In this document: one piece after another, positions 24,419 through 38,060 of the stretch
Layout: the number at the start of each line of letters is the position of its first letter
Position numbering within the stretch: the stretch's first letter is position 1
Origin: Octopus sinensis
Taxonomy: Eukaryota
Direction of reading: 5' to 3'
DNA: 64,000 bases
Assembly: GCF_006345805.1 (NCBI RefSeq)
Contig: NC_043008.1
Coordinates: 52,266,001-52,330,000, forward strand
Translations under genes and position numbers: made by a program
Notes under the pieces: model-generated
The model's database searches: none
Told to the model about the DNA's origin: nothing
Seen by the model: only the letters and a program-made list of their open reading frames with translations

Positions 24419-25080
24419 TTCTTTTATTGGCCACAAGGACCCAAGGCATGGTGGACAATATCAAAGGTTGAGTAACAGCACAACAAAAACATGTGGGGTT
24501 AACATGAACCAAGGGGAGATATTACCACATTAAAGGATATAACAAAGGATATATAATAGAAAGTAGAGAAATAAGTAATAAATAAATAAATAGAATCCCC
24601 AATAGTGGGGCAGTTCAGTTGGGATAATCTGGGGTAAAACCCCAACAAAAATTCCAGATTACTCTGCCATCTCTGACTTGGGAAAGTGCCCTCTTCCAGT
24701 TTCTTTCCTCCTGCTTAGAAAAGCATATTCAGAGTCAATCCATTCAGTCTCTCGTCCACCTTTTGATAAACATACTAAAAGGTAGCACTGCCCTCTCTAC
24801 CTTCACCTTCCTCTTCAAATGATATTTGAGGAAATTGATGGGGACTTGACTGGATAGGAATGTGCCTGTCTTCTAACCTTTCAGATGGGTCCACCACACA
24901 GTCTCTTTTCCACAGCCACCAGGCAGAGAAGGACCTGCTTTCTTTTTCTGCTAAGGGAAGGTGGTGTGTTGATCACAGCTGTGTGAATTCATTTTATACG
25001 TGACAAAGCTGCTCCACACAATCCCACAGTTCTCTAATGCACGGACACTGAATTATTGCATGCAGAATGATTTCGTCCCC
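24366..25080 (-). mobile_element. L1/Tx1-like LINE 3' end followed by a (TTA)n microsatellite
   Basis: Minus strand CLLVAVEKETVWWTHLKG...INFLKYHLKRKVKVER...FIKRW, then AATAAA and (tta)n. Confidence 0.55.
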
Positions 25081-25104
25081 CTGGGATATGCATGGTAAAA
25101 TGGA

Positions 25105-25750
25105 AGTTGTCAGTTTAAACAGGGTTAAAAAGGCTCATGGAAAGACTTCGGGACCCCGCCTCCACATTTTCTCCAAAATTTGTTTATTTAAAAAAAATTT
25201 TTTTGCCGAAAACCCCCGTTTTCAGATATGGAGGTTCCAGAAAATCGCCATGGATCAACATTGTTAAATTCCCCACACCCTTCTCCACCAAATTCTTCAA
25301 TTTTGACTTTTTTCCCAACACTAACCCTAACCCTAATCTTAACCCTAAAACCCTAATCCTAACCCTAAAACCCTAACCATAACTGTAACTACAGAAATGT
25401 TTCAAAATTTTTGTCTGAATCATTATGTCTGTATTTTTCCGCATATCTAGAAAAAAAAAATTCTTAAAATAGATTTTACAAAACATTTTGGAAATTTTTT
25501 TCAGAATCATAATCTCCATATTTTTCCACATATTTTTGAAAAAAAAATTCTGAAAAAGTAAAAAATGGAGGAAATGGGGGTAGGGGGTGGTAATTTAAAA
25601 ATGCCGTTTTTTGCCAATTTTTTGCAGATTCATATTCCCCGTAACCGAAAAGAGGGATTTGTGTCAAAAAAAAAATTGCTTTTTAAAAGGGTGGTTATTT
25701 TGATGGTGGGGACGGGCAGAAGTCTTGCCAGACTCATTTCGACCAATTTT
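25105..25750. repeat. Non-autonomous DNA-element-like repeat containing a degenerate telomere-like (TAACCC)n array (25321-25390) and an internal direct repeat of about 60 bp
   Basis: ctaaccctaaccctaatcttaaccctaaaaccctaatcctaaccctaa; gaatcat..tatttttcc.catat..gaaaaaaaaattct occurs twice. Confidence 0.5.
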
Positions 25751-27449
25751 TTCATGTCATGAGAATAAAAATTTGAGCAATACATTTCAAAAATAACTCA
25801 AAACAACAATTCACAAAACAGCGAACTTAAAGTTGAGCAAAAGATCCGCAAGTCAATTTTAAAACAACCTACCAGTGAGCGAAAAGAAAAGAAAACTTTC
25901 CCAAAAGACTTTCTCAGTTCATTTGAATATATTCCTTATGTAGTTTTATTTTAAATATTTCTTTTTAAAAGACTTTATAATTTTTTCCAGGGAAATTATA
26001 TTGAACCTTTTGATAAATTTTCCATGCAGACTGTATTGTTGTAAAACCATGATGCACGGTTATTTTCATTTGCTCAACATGTGGATACCTTGCAAATTTG
26101 TATATTTGACTTGTTAAAATATTAATTCCAACTATGTATTGAAATATATTTGTATTATCAATATTCTTTTTTTCGCAAAATTTTAAACAATTTTTCTCAT
26201 TGAGGGCTTTTGTAGCAAGTCATAATAAACCTTTATCGGCTATAATACGACATCATTGTCATGTTGGTCGAATAGGTATAATTATTAGTTTCCCAATGGT
26301 TAAAACTACTGGCCATATTTGAATTCTAACTTTCATCAAAGAGAAATCTTACATGAAATATGGTTCTTAGAATTCAGATATGACCAGTTATAAAAACCCT
26401 GATTTTTGGGAAGAAAATTAGTGTTTGTTGTCTGTCATTCGATTCCATGACACTCATTCTCTTGAGATATTGGTTATTGCCATGCCAAGTCTTTTATCTA
26501 ATTCAACAAGGCTATTTTGAATTGTTGTTTAAAACTCTTGTAGCTTAGCTATGGAAGAATCAATATAAATTTTATGTCATAACTCTCCATGACTCTTCTT
26601 TTGACTTATTAAAATGTACTGTAAATATTAAATGTATGTAAATAAACTAATTTAGTAAATAATTTCTTTTTCTTCATTTTCTTCAACCTGATGAAATTTA
26701 TTTCTGTAACTATTGAAGCTGTCATTATAGCAGTGAAAAAGAGTAAGCTTTATTATCTTCAACATACATGCATGTTAAGCGTCTGGTGTATATAACTCAC
26801 CACAACGTTTATGTAGTCTGAGTAGGATTTATGTATGGTGATAAATACTTATAATTAAGTTATAAGTGGCGGATTTATCACCATAGATTCCTACTCAAGA
26901 AATATTTATATTTCTTATAATTTCAAGTCGAACACGGGATAAATAGATAAAATCATCTAATTGTTATAGATAAATTTTCACTATGATAAATTGCCACTTG
27001 TCATTCTTCTCAATAGTCACGACGTTATAAATTGGCAACAACACCGGTTATAAACTGGTAATCCACCGTTATAAATTGTAGACTAACTGACGTGGATTCC
27101 GAATTCTACTCTGGAGAGTAATCACCGTTATAACCTTAAAGGAGCTTTTCTTGTTGGGCTGGAAATAATCCAGACAACCGCAGGGATGCAGGGAGCCCAA
27201 AATGTATACCAGTAGATGGGCTGCAATTGGTCAAGGAAGGTCATGTGATGTCATGGTTGGCAGTATTGCTAAATAAGCAACAGTAGTTTCATGGATGAAA
27301 GAAGTTTCTTTGGCCGCATGGTTGAACAGGAAATTGCTGGCAACAGTGCATCTGGATAAGGGATTCAGTGAGGCTTGTGAGCTTATGTGTGGAAGTGTGC
27401 ATGCATGAGTGTGTGTGTGTATGTGTGTAAGTAGGAAGGATTATATAAG

Positions 27450-28629
27450 CGCATTCTTGAAGAAAATCAACCAATTCATATGAAGAATACAGTGAAAGGC
27501 TTTCTCCATGATAGAAAAGATAGATCACATGACAAACCTGAAGCTGGAGACTTACTAAGAAAAGAATTTAAATCAAGGAAAAACCCACTGACCAATCAGC
27601 ACCTGACCAGATTTGAAGAGGAACTGTATAGTATAGTTCAGAATGTGAACTTCAGAAAGTACTCTAGAAGACACAATAGACATCAACAGAAAATTAGGAA
27701 ATTACTTGATGATTTCTTGAAAGTTCCAGGGATACTTGTACCATAGGACAAAACAAGTAACATTTTTATTGTTGATATTGTGTTATTTAAGAATATGATT
27801 AGAAAAGAATTACATAGCAAATATAGACATGCAAATAATGACACATCAAAATGAATAAACAGAAGAGGATTACAAATTGCTAGAGATTTAGCTATAGATC
27901 ATAGAATTGAGCCTTATGTTCCTAGAAAACCTCAGATTATGCTTAAAGACCATAAATCTAAGTTTCTGAATGACCCCACTCAGATTAATTTATCTATCTA
28001 AATCAGATATAGGGATTATTAGTAAGAAGATCATTGATAGAGTACTGCCCACACTTAAGTCTAAAATTAAATCAGCTCTCTGGTGGATACCAAAGAGATA
28101 ATAGGATGGTTAAAGCATCTAGAAATTAACAAAACCAGTAAATTCTTATAACTAGATATATAGAGAGTTCTACGCTACTACAAACCTGATCATCCTCAAT
28201 AAAGCCCTGATCTATAGTATGGAAAACTCAGTTATGTCCTGACATGGAATAGATATTATACTTGTGGCCCAAACCTCCTTGGTAGATTTCGATGGTATAT
28301 TATGGAATAGATCAGATAGAGAGAGTGCTTTTGGTATAGCGATGTGGTCATCAAATTCTGCACAAGTCACAGATTTGTTTGGAATATATATGCATTCATT
28401 AATCCAGTTTTCCTTTCTGAAAATCACAGGAGGACTATATAGAGATGATGTTCAATTCTTCCTGGACAGAAGTAGTAAAGAACAATTAGAAAGGCATAGG
28501 AAACAGTTCTTTAGACTATTTAAGAACTTAAAACTCAACATAACTATAGAAAAAGATTACCATAGTGTAAACTTCTGTTACGCTACCTTCTGTCTTGATA
28601 CTGGATTATATGAATCCTTTCATAAACCA
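27450..28629 (+). mobile_element. Penelope-like element (Neptune-like) RT, decayed
   Basis: FKSRKNP...RFEEELYSIVQNVNFRK...LVP.DKTSN; GLYRDD; LNITIEK..SVNF..ATFCL.TG.Y..FHKP. Confidence 0.8.
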
Positions 28630-30550
28630 TAGATGACTGTTTCATTCTTTGGCATGAAAATATAGAGAAACTCAAAGAATTCCAAGAAATTTTAAATGGA
28701 CTGGACGTAAACATCCAATTCACGATGGAATATAGCCAGCAACAACTTCCCTTCCTTGATTAAGAAAGCTCATTAAGAAAAGCTAATAATGTAATAGAAA
28801 CAGACATATTTTATAAGCCTACAGATTCTAAGCAATATCTTCCATTCAATTCATGCCACCCCAGGCACACCAGGATGAATATCCCCTTCAATCTAGCAAA
28901 AAGGATATGCACTATAGTTTCTAATGCAAACACCAGAGACACACGACTACAAGAACTAAAAGATACCCTTATCACCAGGAACTACCACCTTCACTTATTG
29001 ACATGTGCATTCAACGTGCCCTAACATCCAGGAACTGAGACATCCCAAATCAAAGAAAAACTTACGACCAAAAGCCTTACCATACATCTCCACACACAAC
29101 CTCTCAACAATGAAGCCTTCGGCACCATCCTCCACAACATACCCCTCCTAAAAAAGACCACAGAATGAACACAATCCTCCAACACACACGATCATAAAAA
29201 GCAAGAGACAGCCTAAATCTATGAAAAGTCTCCTAACACAAGCCCGAATACACTCTTCAACACAGAAGCCGACAGTAAAAAAATGTGGAAGACCCAATTG
29301 CGGGATATGCGATTATCTAATTGAGGGATCAGAGTTCTCCTTCAAACAGGGACAACGGTTTACAGTGAAAAGCAACTTCACATGTGCTTCGGAGAACCTG
29401 ATATACACACTAACCTGCTCTGGGTGTCAAGAGCAGTACATAGGCCAAACAAAAAATAGTTTGCGTAAAAGAATGGCCCTGCACAGATCCCAGATAAAAA
29501 TTCCCCCAAATAGAAAAATAGCTTTCAGCCAACACATAGATACTTGCGCCAACAACAAAACACCAGGCTTCAGGATTTTCCCCCTCTACCAATTTAGGGA
29601 CGATACAACCTTGAGACAATGAATAAGTAAAGAAACTCTCTTTATTACAAAATACAGGCCACTTCTTAACGGGTCTACGACAAATGATTAATACACCTCA
29701 GCTTTAGAATAACAGAAATACACACGCAAATATTACATTCCAAAGAATCCATTACAAATCAGCCCCATTCACAGCTATAATCCATAACGTGCCAACTTCA
29801 AGTCATACAACACCTCACTACTTCCACTCATTCATATTCTCCCTTCTCTTTTTTCATCTTCTTCTTCTTCTTCTTCATCATCATCATTATCATCATCATC
29901 GTCGTCATCATCATCACCATCATCATCATCTTCTTCTTCTCCTTCTCCTTCTCCTTCTTCTTCATCATCATCATCAACATCGTCATCTTCTTCTCCCTCT
30001 TCTGCTTCTTCTTCTGCTTCTTCTTCTTCTTTTTCTTCTTCTTCTTCTTCTTCTTCTTCTTTTTTTTCTTCTTCTTTTTCTTCTTCTTCTTCTTCTTCTG
30101 CTCCACCTTCTACCTCTTAACTTTACCACTAATGCTTTTTAGTATAACACCTACGCAAATTCCATAAACAAACCTTTCAATAGAAATATTCTCCTGAATT
30201 GAACTGCAACTGCTAGCCGTCACTGACCATTCAAAATACCACAATCAAGGCACTACCAAATTTTTCCACCCCCTCTCCTCATCAACCTTCTTCTTCTACC
30301 CTACCAAGAATTCACAACGACCTCGACCTCGAACACACAAGTGCAAACAAGGGAGACAGAGAAAGGCAGAATGCCACTTATATTTGAACACTATACAAAT
30401 ATTCCTTTAAAAAAACTTTTCTTTTAATTTTTCAAAATTTAATTATTTAATCGTTACAGTTGAAAAGGTCTCAAAATGACTGAAACCGGTACTGAAATGT
30501 TCTTTATAAAATTATTTTAGCATTTTCTATCTTGACTTGTTTTTTTCATA
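28630..30550 (+). mobile_element. Penelope-like element, same family as 7779-9690, 5'-truncated
   Basis: Highly similar to 7887-9680; GIY-YIG in ORF 29221..29622; (TTC)n tract; hammerhead at 30454-30496. Confidence 0.9.
30454..30496 (+). ncRNA. Minimal hammerhead, U3-A8 variant, second copy
   Basis: cag-UUGAAAA-GGUC(ucaaaau)GACU-GAAAC-CG-GUA-cug. Confidence 0.65.
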
Positions 30551-30582
<32 letters not shown>

Positions 30583-31639
30583 GGGGGAGAGTTCACGAAA
30601 AAACAAAAGGTGAAGACAGGTGGTGTACAAAACAAACTGATGTATTAGTATAACACTCAGGAAATGAAAAAGTCTTTTACATTTCAAGCCTACGCTCTTC
30701 TACAGAAAAAAGCAAGGAGAGAAAAAAAGGAGTGAAAAAAATGTGTGTAGTGGCTTGATACATAATTCCAAGAGAGTTAGAAGTTGTGAATCTAACAAAC
30801 TAAGGGATGATATCTATCCAATATACTTTTGATAGAATACCCAATTATTAGTACACAAGTTGTTGTTTTTTTGTTGCATAGCAATTACAATACTGAATGT
30901 AATAAATGGACGAGGGTAAGAAGTTGTTTTACAATTAATTTGTACAGTAATGAGAAAATGGAGGGGATCAATAGGTGGTTCATCAACTTTTAGACGATAT
31001 ATTATGTCTTAAACAATTGTAATAATATACATACATGTATAAAAATATCAGTACTTATTAAAGTATATAACGTAGAACAAGAAAGTAGAATGGTTTCTTA
31101 CAGCTGTTTCAGCCAAGAGGTCTCAGTACCCCACTTTACTTCCATCCCTTCAGTGAACTGAAGTATTTGGTAGATAAAATTAAGGTACCTGGATGTGCCT
31201 CTGGGCTTTGTCAGAGAGTTTAGAAAGTTCATAAGGTTAAGTTATAAGTATAAATACATACATATATATACATAAATATATATAAATACATATCCATATA
31301 TATTTATATATATGTATATGCATACAACAAAATCAATTATTATTGTTATTTTTAGGTGTATTATATTATTCTTATTAGATAAAGTATAAACAGAGGAAAG
31401 AGAAATGATAGTGGAATTTCAATAATCAATCTAGCTTAAAGGTATTGTAGTTTTGTAGGAATGAAAAGGTATATAAATGAGGTTGTTGATCTCAATCTAA
31501 AAGAGGGTTGTTTCTCACATGGTCAGTTGTATGGAGGTTGTTTCAGAGTAGGAAGCCCACAGAAATTCTCCATATATGCTCCAAAGGAAAAAGTGAAAAG
31601 CATTGTATATAGTGAAGTTCTGTAAATGTGATAATATGT

Positions 31640-34168
31640 GCCTTATGAATACATTTCAACACCATACAGACCAGCAGGCCCACTAGTGGATGGTGCAAAA
31701 TACCCTCTTGACCCAAGGTAATGTGGTGGTGGAACAATGTTATTGACAGGGCCATTGGAGAAGAGAAATAGGGTTGGATGGACTGGAAGAACGGTGGCAG
31801 CAGGGCATCATGTCTGACTGCCAAAAGGGAAGCTAGGAGACAGGTTTATTTAACCAGAGGGGAAGCAGATAAGAAAAATTTTGCCAAAGTTCTGTGCTGT
31901 GAGGACCAAAGACTTGAGATATTTCATGCTGCGAGACATGTGTGAGACAGAATCGTAATGTCCTAGGAGAGAAATGTATTTGCATGGATGATGGCTCACT
32001 TGCATTAAACGAGGCTGCACTATGAAAGGTTGCTAAATAAAGAGAATGAATGGGAGAAAGAGAGCCTGCCGAATACTGACCCAACAGAGGGACGAGCTAT
32101 CCAAATTGGCAGTGCCTTGGTAAATAAAACAATTAAGGGTGTGAAAGACCCTGGCCCATCAGGAATCACCGCAGAGATGATCAAAACATCTGGCAGTGTC
32201 GGCTATAGCCTAGTCACCCTGTTGGATCAGGTAATGAAAGTCACAGATTGGGTTGTAGCCCAACTAATAGGGAGAAGGTCAGTCCAGATGAAATGCTGTT
32301 TGGGTTTCTGCCTGGGAAAAGTACCACTGATGCTATATTTCTAGTAAGGCAGCTGCAGGAGAAATACCTAGCCAAAGATAAACCCCTGTACCTGGCTTTT
32401 GTTGACATGGAGAAAGCCTTTGACAGGGTCCCTCGATCTCTTATCTGGTGGTCAATGAGGAAAGTAGGGATAGATGAATGGTTAGTGAGAGCTGTGCCAG
32501 CCATGTACAGGGACGCTGTCAGTAAGGTGAGGGTTGGCAATGAGTACAGTGAAGAATTCCAGGTAGAGTTATAGGGGTCCACCAAGGTTCAGTCCTCAGC
32601 CCCTTCCTATTTATCATAGTCCTACAGGCAATAACAGAGGAATTCAAGACAGGATGCCCCTGGGAGCTCCTCTATGCGGGTGACCTTGCTCTTATTGCTG
32701 AGTCACTATCAGGACTAGTGGAAAAGTTTCAGGTGTGGAAGCAAGGATTAGAACTGAAGGGCCTTTGAGTGAACCTAGCTAAAATCAAAGTTTCAATAAG
32801 AAGGCAGGCAAACCACAAATCCTTTTGCTCAATATGTAGAAAAGGCATAGGTAGAAACTTTATAAGATGAACCCAGTGCAAGCTATGGACACATAAGAGG
32901 TGCAGCAATATCAAAAGAAGGCTAAGAAGGGAAGATAGTTTTTGTATGTGGAAAATGCTCATGTGCAATAAACACTGAAAATGTGCAGAGAACAACTGCT
33001 GTCACATTCCAGAGAGAAAAACTACAAGTAGTTGACAGCTTCTGATACCTAGGTGACCAAGTCAGTAGTGAGGGTAGATGCTCTGAAAGTGTAGCTGCTA
33101 GAATAGGAATAGTCTGAGCAAAGTTCAGAGAGCTCCTACCTCTGCCGGTGACAAAGAGCCTCTCGCTCAGAGTAAACGGTAGACTGTATGATGCATGTGT
33201 ACAAACAGCCATGCTACATGACAGTGAAACATTGGTTGTGACTGCTGAGGACATGCGTAAGCTTGCAAGGAATGAAGTCAGTATGCTCCAATGGATTTGT
33301 AAAGTCAGAGTGCATACTCGACAGAGTGTAAGTACCTTGAGAGAAAAGTTGGACCTAAGAAGCATCAGATGTGGTGTGCAAGAGAGACGACTATGCTGGT
33401 AAAGGACGAGGACAGCTGTGTGAAAAAGTGTCACTCCCTAGCAGTTAAGGGAACCTGTGGAAGAGGTAGACCCAGGAAGACCTGGGATGAGGTGATGAAG
33501 CACGATCTTTGAACATTAGGCCTCACTGAGGCAATGACTAGTGACCGAGACCTTTGAAAATATGCTGTGCTTGAGAAGACTCAGCAAGCCAAGTGAGATC
33601 ATAACCCATGGCTTATGCCAGCGGTATAACCAGCCTACTTGTGCATTGCTTGCGAAGACTTGTTGAGGCAAGTGAAACAAAATCAAAATCAAATTTGCTG
33701 AGTGGCCAATAACAGCATCGCCTGAATGGGCATCCTTGCCAGTGGAACATTAAAATCACCATCCGAACCAGATCATTGCCAGGGCCACTAACTGGCTCCC
33801 ATGACGGTGGAACATAAATAGCACCATTCAAGGCTGATTGTTACCAGCGTCACCTTACTGGCATGTGAAAAACAACATTCGAGAGTGGTTGTTGCCATTG
33901 CTGCTGGACTGGCTCCTGTGCAGGTGGTACTTAAAAAACAGCATTTGAGTGTGGCCATCGCCAGTGCCACCTGACTGGCCCTTGTGCTGGTGACACGTAA
34001 CAACACCCACTACACTTTCAGAGTGGTTGGCGTTAGGAAGGGCATCTAACTGTAGAAACTCTGCCAGATCAGATTGGAGCTTGGTGCAGCCATCTGACTT
34101 GTCTTCAGTCAAACCATCCAACCCATGCCAGAATGGAAAGCGGATATTAAATGATGATGATGATGATA
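31640..34168 (+). mobile_element. RTE-clade LINE, decayed, with internal deletions
   Basis: WWWNNV, FVDMEKAFDRV, GRLYDACV, GRPRKTW; 3' UTR subrepeats and (GAT)n. Confidence 0.9.
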
Positions 34169-34181
34169 TATACATACATAC

Positions 34182-34214
<33 letters not shown>

Positions 34215-34765
34215 TGTATGTATATGTATATGTATATTATGGAGTTCTTCAAGTTTTCATTTACCAAATCCAATATAGATTTTGTTTGGCCTGGGGCTAT
34301 AATAGCAGACATTTACTCAATAAGCCAAGTTGTGGAACTGGATCTGAACCTTTGTGGCTGGGAGGCAAACTTCTTACTACACACACACACACACACACAC
34401 AAATATATATAATTTCTTCTGAAGCCACCTAACTCATTAATTTAATATTTATGTTTGACAGAAGTTTTTAAATACATGGTTTAGGGACAGAACTACAATA
34501 AGGAACAGGAGTTCAAATCCTGCTAGGGGTGAAAATTTTAAAGCTCTTTGGATCTGACTCTAAATTCAAATATAAAGAACATATGCCATGTCAATGCAAT
34601 TATTAAATACCAGTTTCAGCTTATTTCTTTGAAAATAGCATAATTTTTGATGATACAAGTGTACAAGTAGATATGCATGTATGTGTGTGTATGTATGAGT
34701 ATGTGTATGTGTGTGTGTGTTTATAAACTTTTTGCATATTTGTGTGTCTATTTTAATTTACTTAC

Positions 34766-34959
34766 CTTATAGCCATATCCCTGATCAACTTTAATAAAAC
34801 TTGGCTTTTCTCCACTTTTTAATCCAAAATTGCCGTAGAAGCATCTTAGTTTGCGGTTATATAATAAGTCTTTATAGTCATTGTTCAATCTAATGTGAAC
34901 TGAAGAATGGTAAGCCCCAGCATAACAAACTTCTACATCCCAACTTGTGGCCTGGATAT
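34766..34959 (-). CDS. Host gene internal coding exon (N-IQATSWDVEVCYAGAYHSSVHIRL...KVDQGYGYK)
   Basis: Acceptor ttttttcaatctatttccAG and donor AAG|GTAAGT. 194 nt, phase 1 in and phase 0 out, open frame, non-repetitive, matches the phase of the upstream exon. Confidence 0.8.
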
Positions 34960-35269
34960 CTGGAAATAGATTGAAAAAAGAAGAAAAAAATCTCAATTTA
35001 TTTTCAAAACACTTAAAAGATTTTATAATGTGAATGGTTACATCAAGAAAACTCATATAAAACATTGGAATTGGTTTTAAGAATAACATAAAATCTCAAT
35101 AATCATGAAAATCGGAAATCTTCCCACATTTTGTCCCAAGAAAATGGTTTTATTTTTTACATGTTTTCTTTAAGAATCAGATATAAATCTCATTGCATCA
35201 TTATCAAATTTGTTCACAACACCTACTCATATTGAGTCATTAATTGATTTCAAATATTGGCACAAGGCC

Positions 35270-35792
35270 AGCAATTTCAGGGGAGGGGTAAGTCGATTAC
35301 ATTGACCCCCAGTGTTTAACTGGTACTTATGAACACTGAAAGGATGAAAGCAAGGTTAATCTTAATCATAATATATATTACTTTATTGCCCATAGGGGGC
35401 TAAACATAGAAGGAATAAACAAGGACAAACAAAGGGATGAAGTTGATTACATCTACCCCAGTTTGTAACTGGTACTTATTTAATCAACCCTGAAAGGACG
35501 AAAGTCAAAGTCAACTTTGGCAAAATCTGAACTCAGAACGTAATGGCAGACGAAATACCTATTTCTTTACTACCCACAAGGGGCTAAACACAGAGAGGAC
35601 AAACAAGGACAGACAAACGGATTAAGTCGATTACATCGACTCCAGTGCATAACTGGTACTTAATTTATCGACCCCGAAAGGATGAAAGGCAAAGTTGACC
35701 TCAGTGAATCTGAACTGAGAATGTAACGGCAGACAAAACAGCGCTAAGCATTTTGCCCACTGTGCTAATGATTCTGCCAGCTCACTTGCCCT
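35270..35792 (-). mobile_element. Cluster of Meta-domain SINE copies and fragments; another fragment at 36850-36995
   Basis: Reverse complements of gtcaactttgcctttcatcctttcggggtcgataaattaagtaccag repeated 2-3 times; head gcaagtgagctggcagaatc at 35790. Confidence 0.75.
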
Positions 35793-36364
35793 TCTTAATC
35801 TTAATATTGATATTGATATTACTGTTAATGTTGTGTTAATGTTAAGGTCATAGAGAAAATTACTTTAATTATTATGGCCAAAATTTCTCTACCACTGTCC
35901 TCAACATAGCCATTCCATAGCCATACTAACACACACACACACACACAAAGGAAAACAGTGTGTAAATCAGAAAGCTGACAACAGAAAAATAGAAAATTTC
36001 TTAAATGATACATCATCATCATCATCTTTATCCTTACCACTACCACCACCACCACCATTACCACTGAAATAAAAGCATACACAAATAGAAGCATACACAT
36101 ATATAAATATATACATGCATATACACACAAAAGGTCAACACACACAAATATACATGTATGTAAACATGTATGTACATGTACACATCAACACACATGTACA
36201 AAAATACATGCATTCACATGTGTTACTACACATGTGTATGTGTGTCTGAGTATACAGAAACACTGAAATAGCATTAAAAGATATCATGATGTGTTACAAA
36301 GGGCCACAAGTCCTATAAGTCAATAGATCAACCAGGTCCACAGTGATGAGGGATGCACAATGTA

Positions 36365-37235
36365 CTCATTCTTACTAAGACTTTGGTTTTTGCTAGGTGA
36401 ACTCTAAGGTCCTTCAATTCCAGACCTTGCTTCCACACCTGAAATTTCTTCTCTAGTTCTGGTAGTGATTCAGCTATAAGAACAAGGTCATCAACATAGA
36501 GGAGCTCCCATGGTAGCTCATCTTAAACTCCTCTGTTATTGTCTGGAGGACTATGATAAACAAGAAGAGGCTGAAGACTGACTCTTGGTGAACCATTACT
36601 TGTACCCTGAATTCATCACTATAATTTTTGCAAACCCTCACCTTACTGACAGCATTCCTGTACATGACATGTACAGCTCTCACCAGCCACAGATCTATCC
36701 TTAGCTTTTGCATTGTCCATCAGGTAAGAGACTGGAGACCCTGTCAAAGGCATTCTCCATTTCAACAAAAGCCAAGTACAGAGGTTTATCTTTGGCTAGG
36801 TATTTCTCCTGCAGCTGTATTACCAGAAATATAGCATTAATGGTGTTTCTTACTTCTTTATTGTCCACAAGGGGCTAAACATATAGGGGACAAACAAGGA
36901 CTGACAAAGGGATTAAGTCGATTACATCGACCCCAGTGCATAATTGGGACTTAATTTATCGACCCCAAAAGGATGAAAGGGAAAGTAGACTATGGTGCTG
37001 CTACACCAGTCATTGGGTATGACTCCTTCGTGTACCACCTGATTAACTATACAGGTGACTAAATCATAACACATGCTGCCAGATATTTTAAGCATCGCAG
37101 TGGTGATTCCTGATGAATTGGGACTTTCTCTGTCTTCATATCCTTCATGGCTTTGTCTAAAACACTACTGTCTCTTCAGATTGCTAGTCCCTCTGTCAGA
37201 TCAAAATTAGGTGGAATCTTCTTCTCCCATGAGTT
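36365..37235 (-). mobile_element. Older RTE LINE RT fragment interrupted by a SINE fragment
   Basis: LVRAVHVMYRNAVSKVRV...VHQESVFSLFLFIIVLQ; SINE piece at 36850-36995. Confidence 0.8.
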
Positions 37236-37617
37236 CTCTACATTTGTGAGTAAATATGTATTGTGCATATATTTATGTATTGGTACATATCTGTTGAGCG
37301 ATTCAACTGATAGTCAGATTAATGGCTTGTCGTTTGGATGTGTGGTTTATAATAATTATGTAGGTGAATGTGTATGTAAGTTTATGCATTTTTTTTGTAT
37401 GCTTATATAGGTGCATATGTGCATGTATGTACACACACTTATATATATGTATGTATAAAAATATGTTTGTGAATACATATATACATATATGTGCTTGTGT
37501 GTGGGTGTGGTTGTGACTGTGTATATTTTGGTACGTATATGTATGTGAATATCTTTATATCTGCATGCATATATCGCATATATATATATTATATATATAT
37601 ATATATATACACACACA

Positions 37618-38060
37618 CAGTAATACCTCACTATACAAGGACTCATTTTACGAGACCCTGGGTTTATGAGTTCTATATTTTAGCTCACTTTTGTGTGGTG
37701 AGCTGAAATTTTTCAAGCACAAGATCCAGATGTTGAATGAAATGGAAATGTTTCTACTATTATAACAAATGTTTCTGCGTGTTACCGAGAAATTTATAGA
37801 CAGCAAAAAAAAAAAAGCTTCTTCTCAGCAAACAACTCTAGACTTGTTTCTTAAAGAGAAATCTACAAGACTGTCTTGTGAATTAGCAATCATGTCTACA
37901 AGTGACGGTATGCATGAGTCTAGTGAGAGTGAGAGTGATTCAGAAAACGATTATGATAAAAACTATTTTTTATTATAAATGATCTTGACATTCTTTTTAC
38001 TTAGCATAAAATATTCTTTACATTCTGCTGTTGTTTTATTGCCATTTATTTACGAGTATT
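37618..38060 (+). mobile_element. Tigger/pogo-like deleted DNA transposon
   Basis: Starts CAGTAATACCTC; encodes ACYREIY..KK..QQTTLDLFLK, typical of the Tigger C-terminus. Confidence 0.6.

Noticed and set aside
25750-26700. AT-rich non-repetitive-looking segment as a possible exon or ORF
   Set aside because: Multiple stops in the frames examined, no convincing splice pair, and the host exon chain is already phase-complete without it.
957-34959. Faint resemblance of the host protein to CatSper auxiliary subunits (W-x-V near the N-terminus, G-x-KP, P..KY.G, F...N.FYR)
   Set aside because: Only scattered short motifs recalled from memory, with inconsistent spacing. No name can be supported without a profile search.
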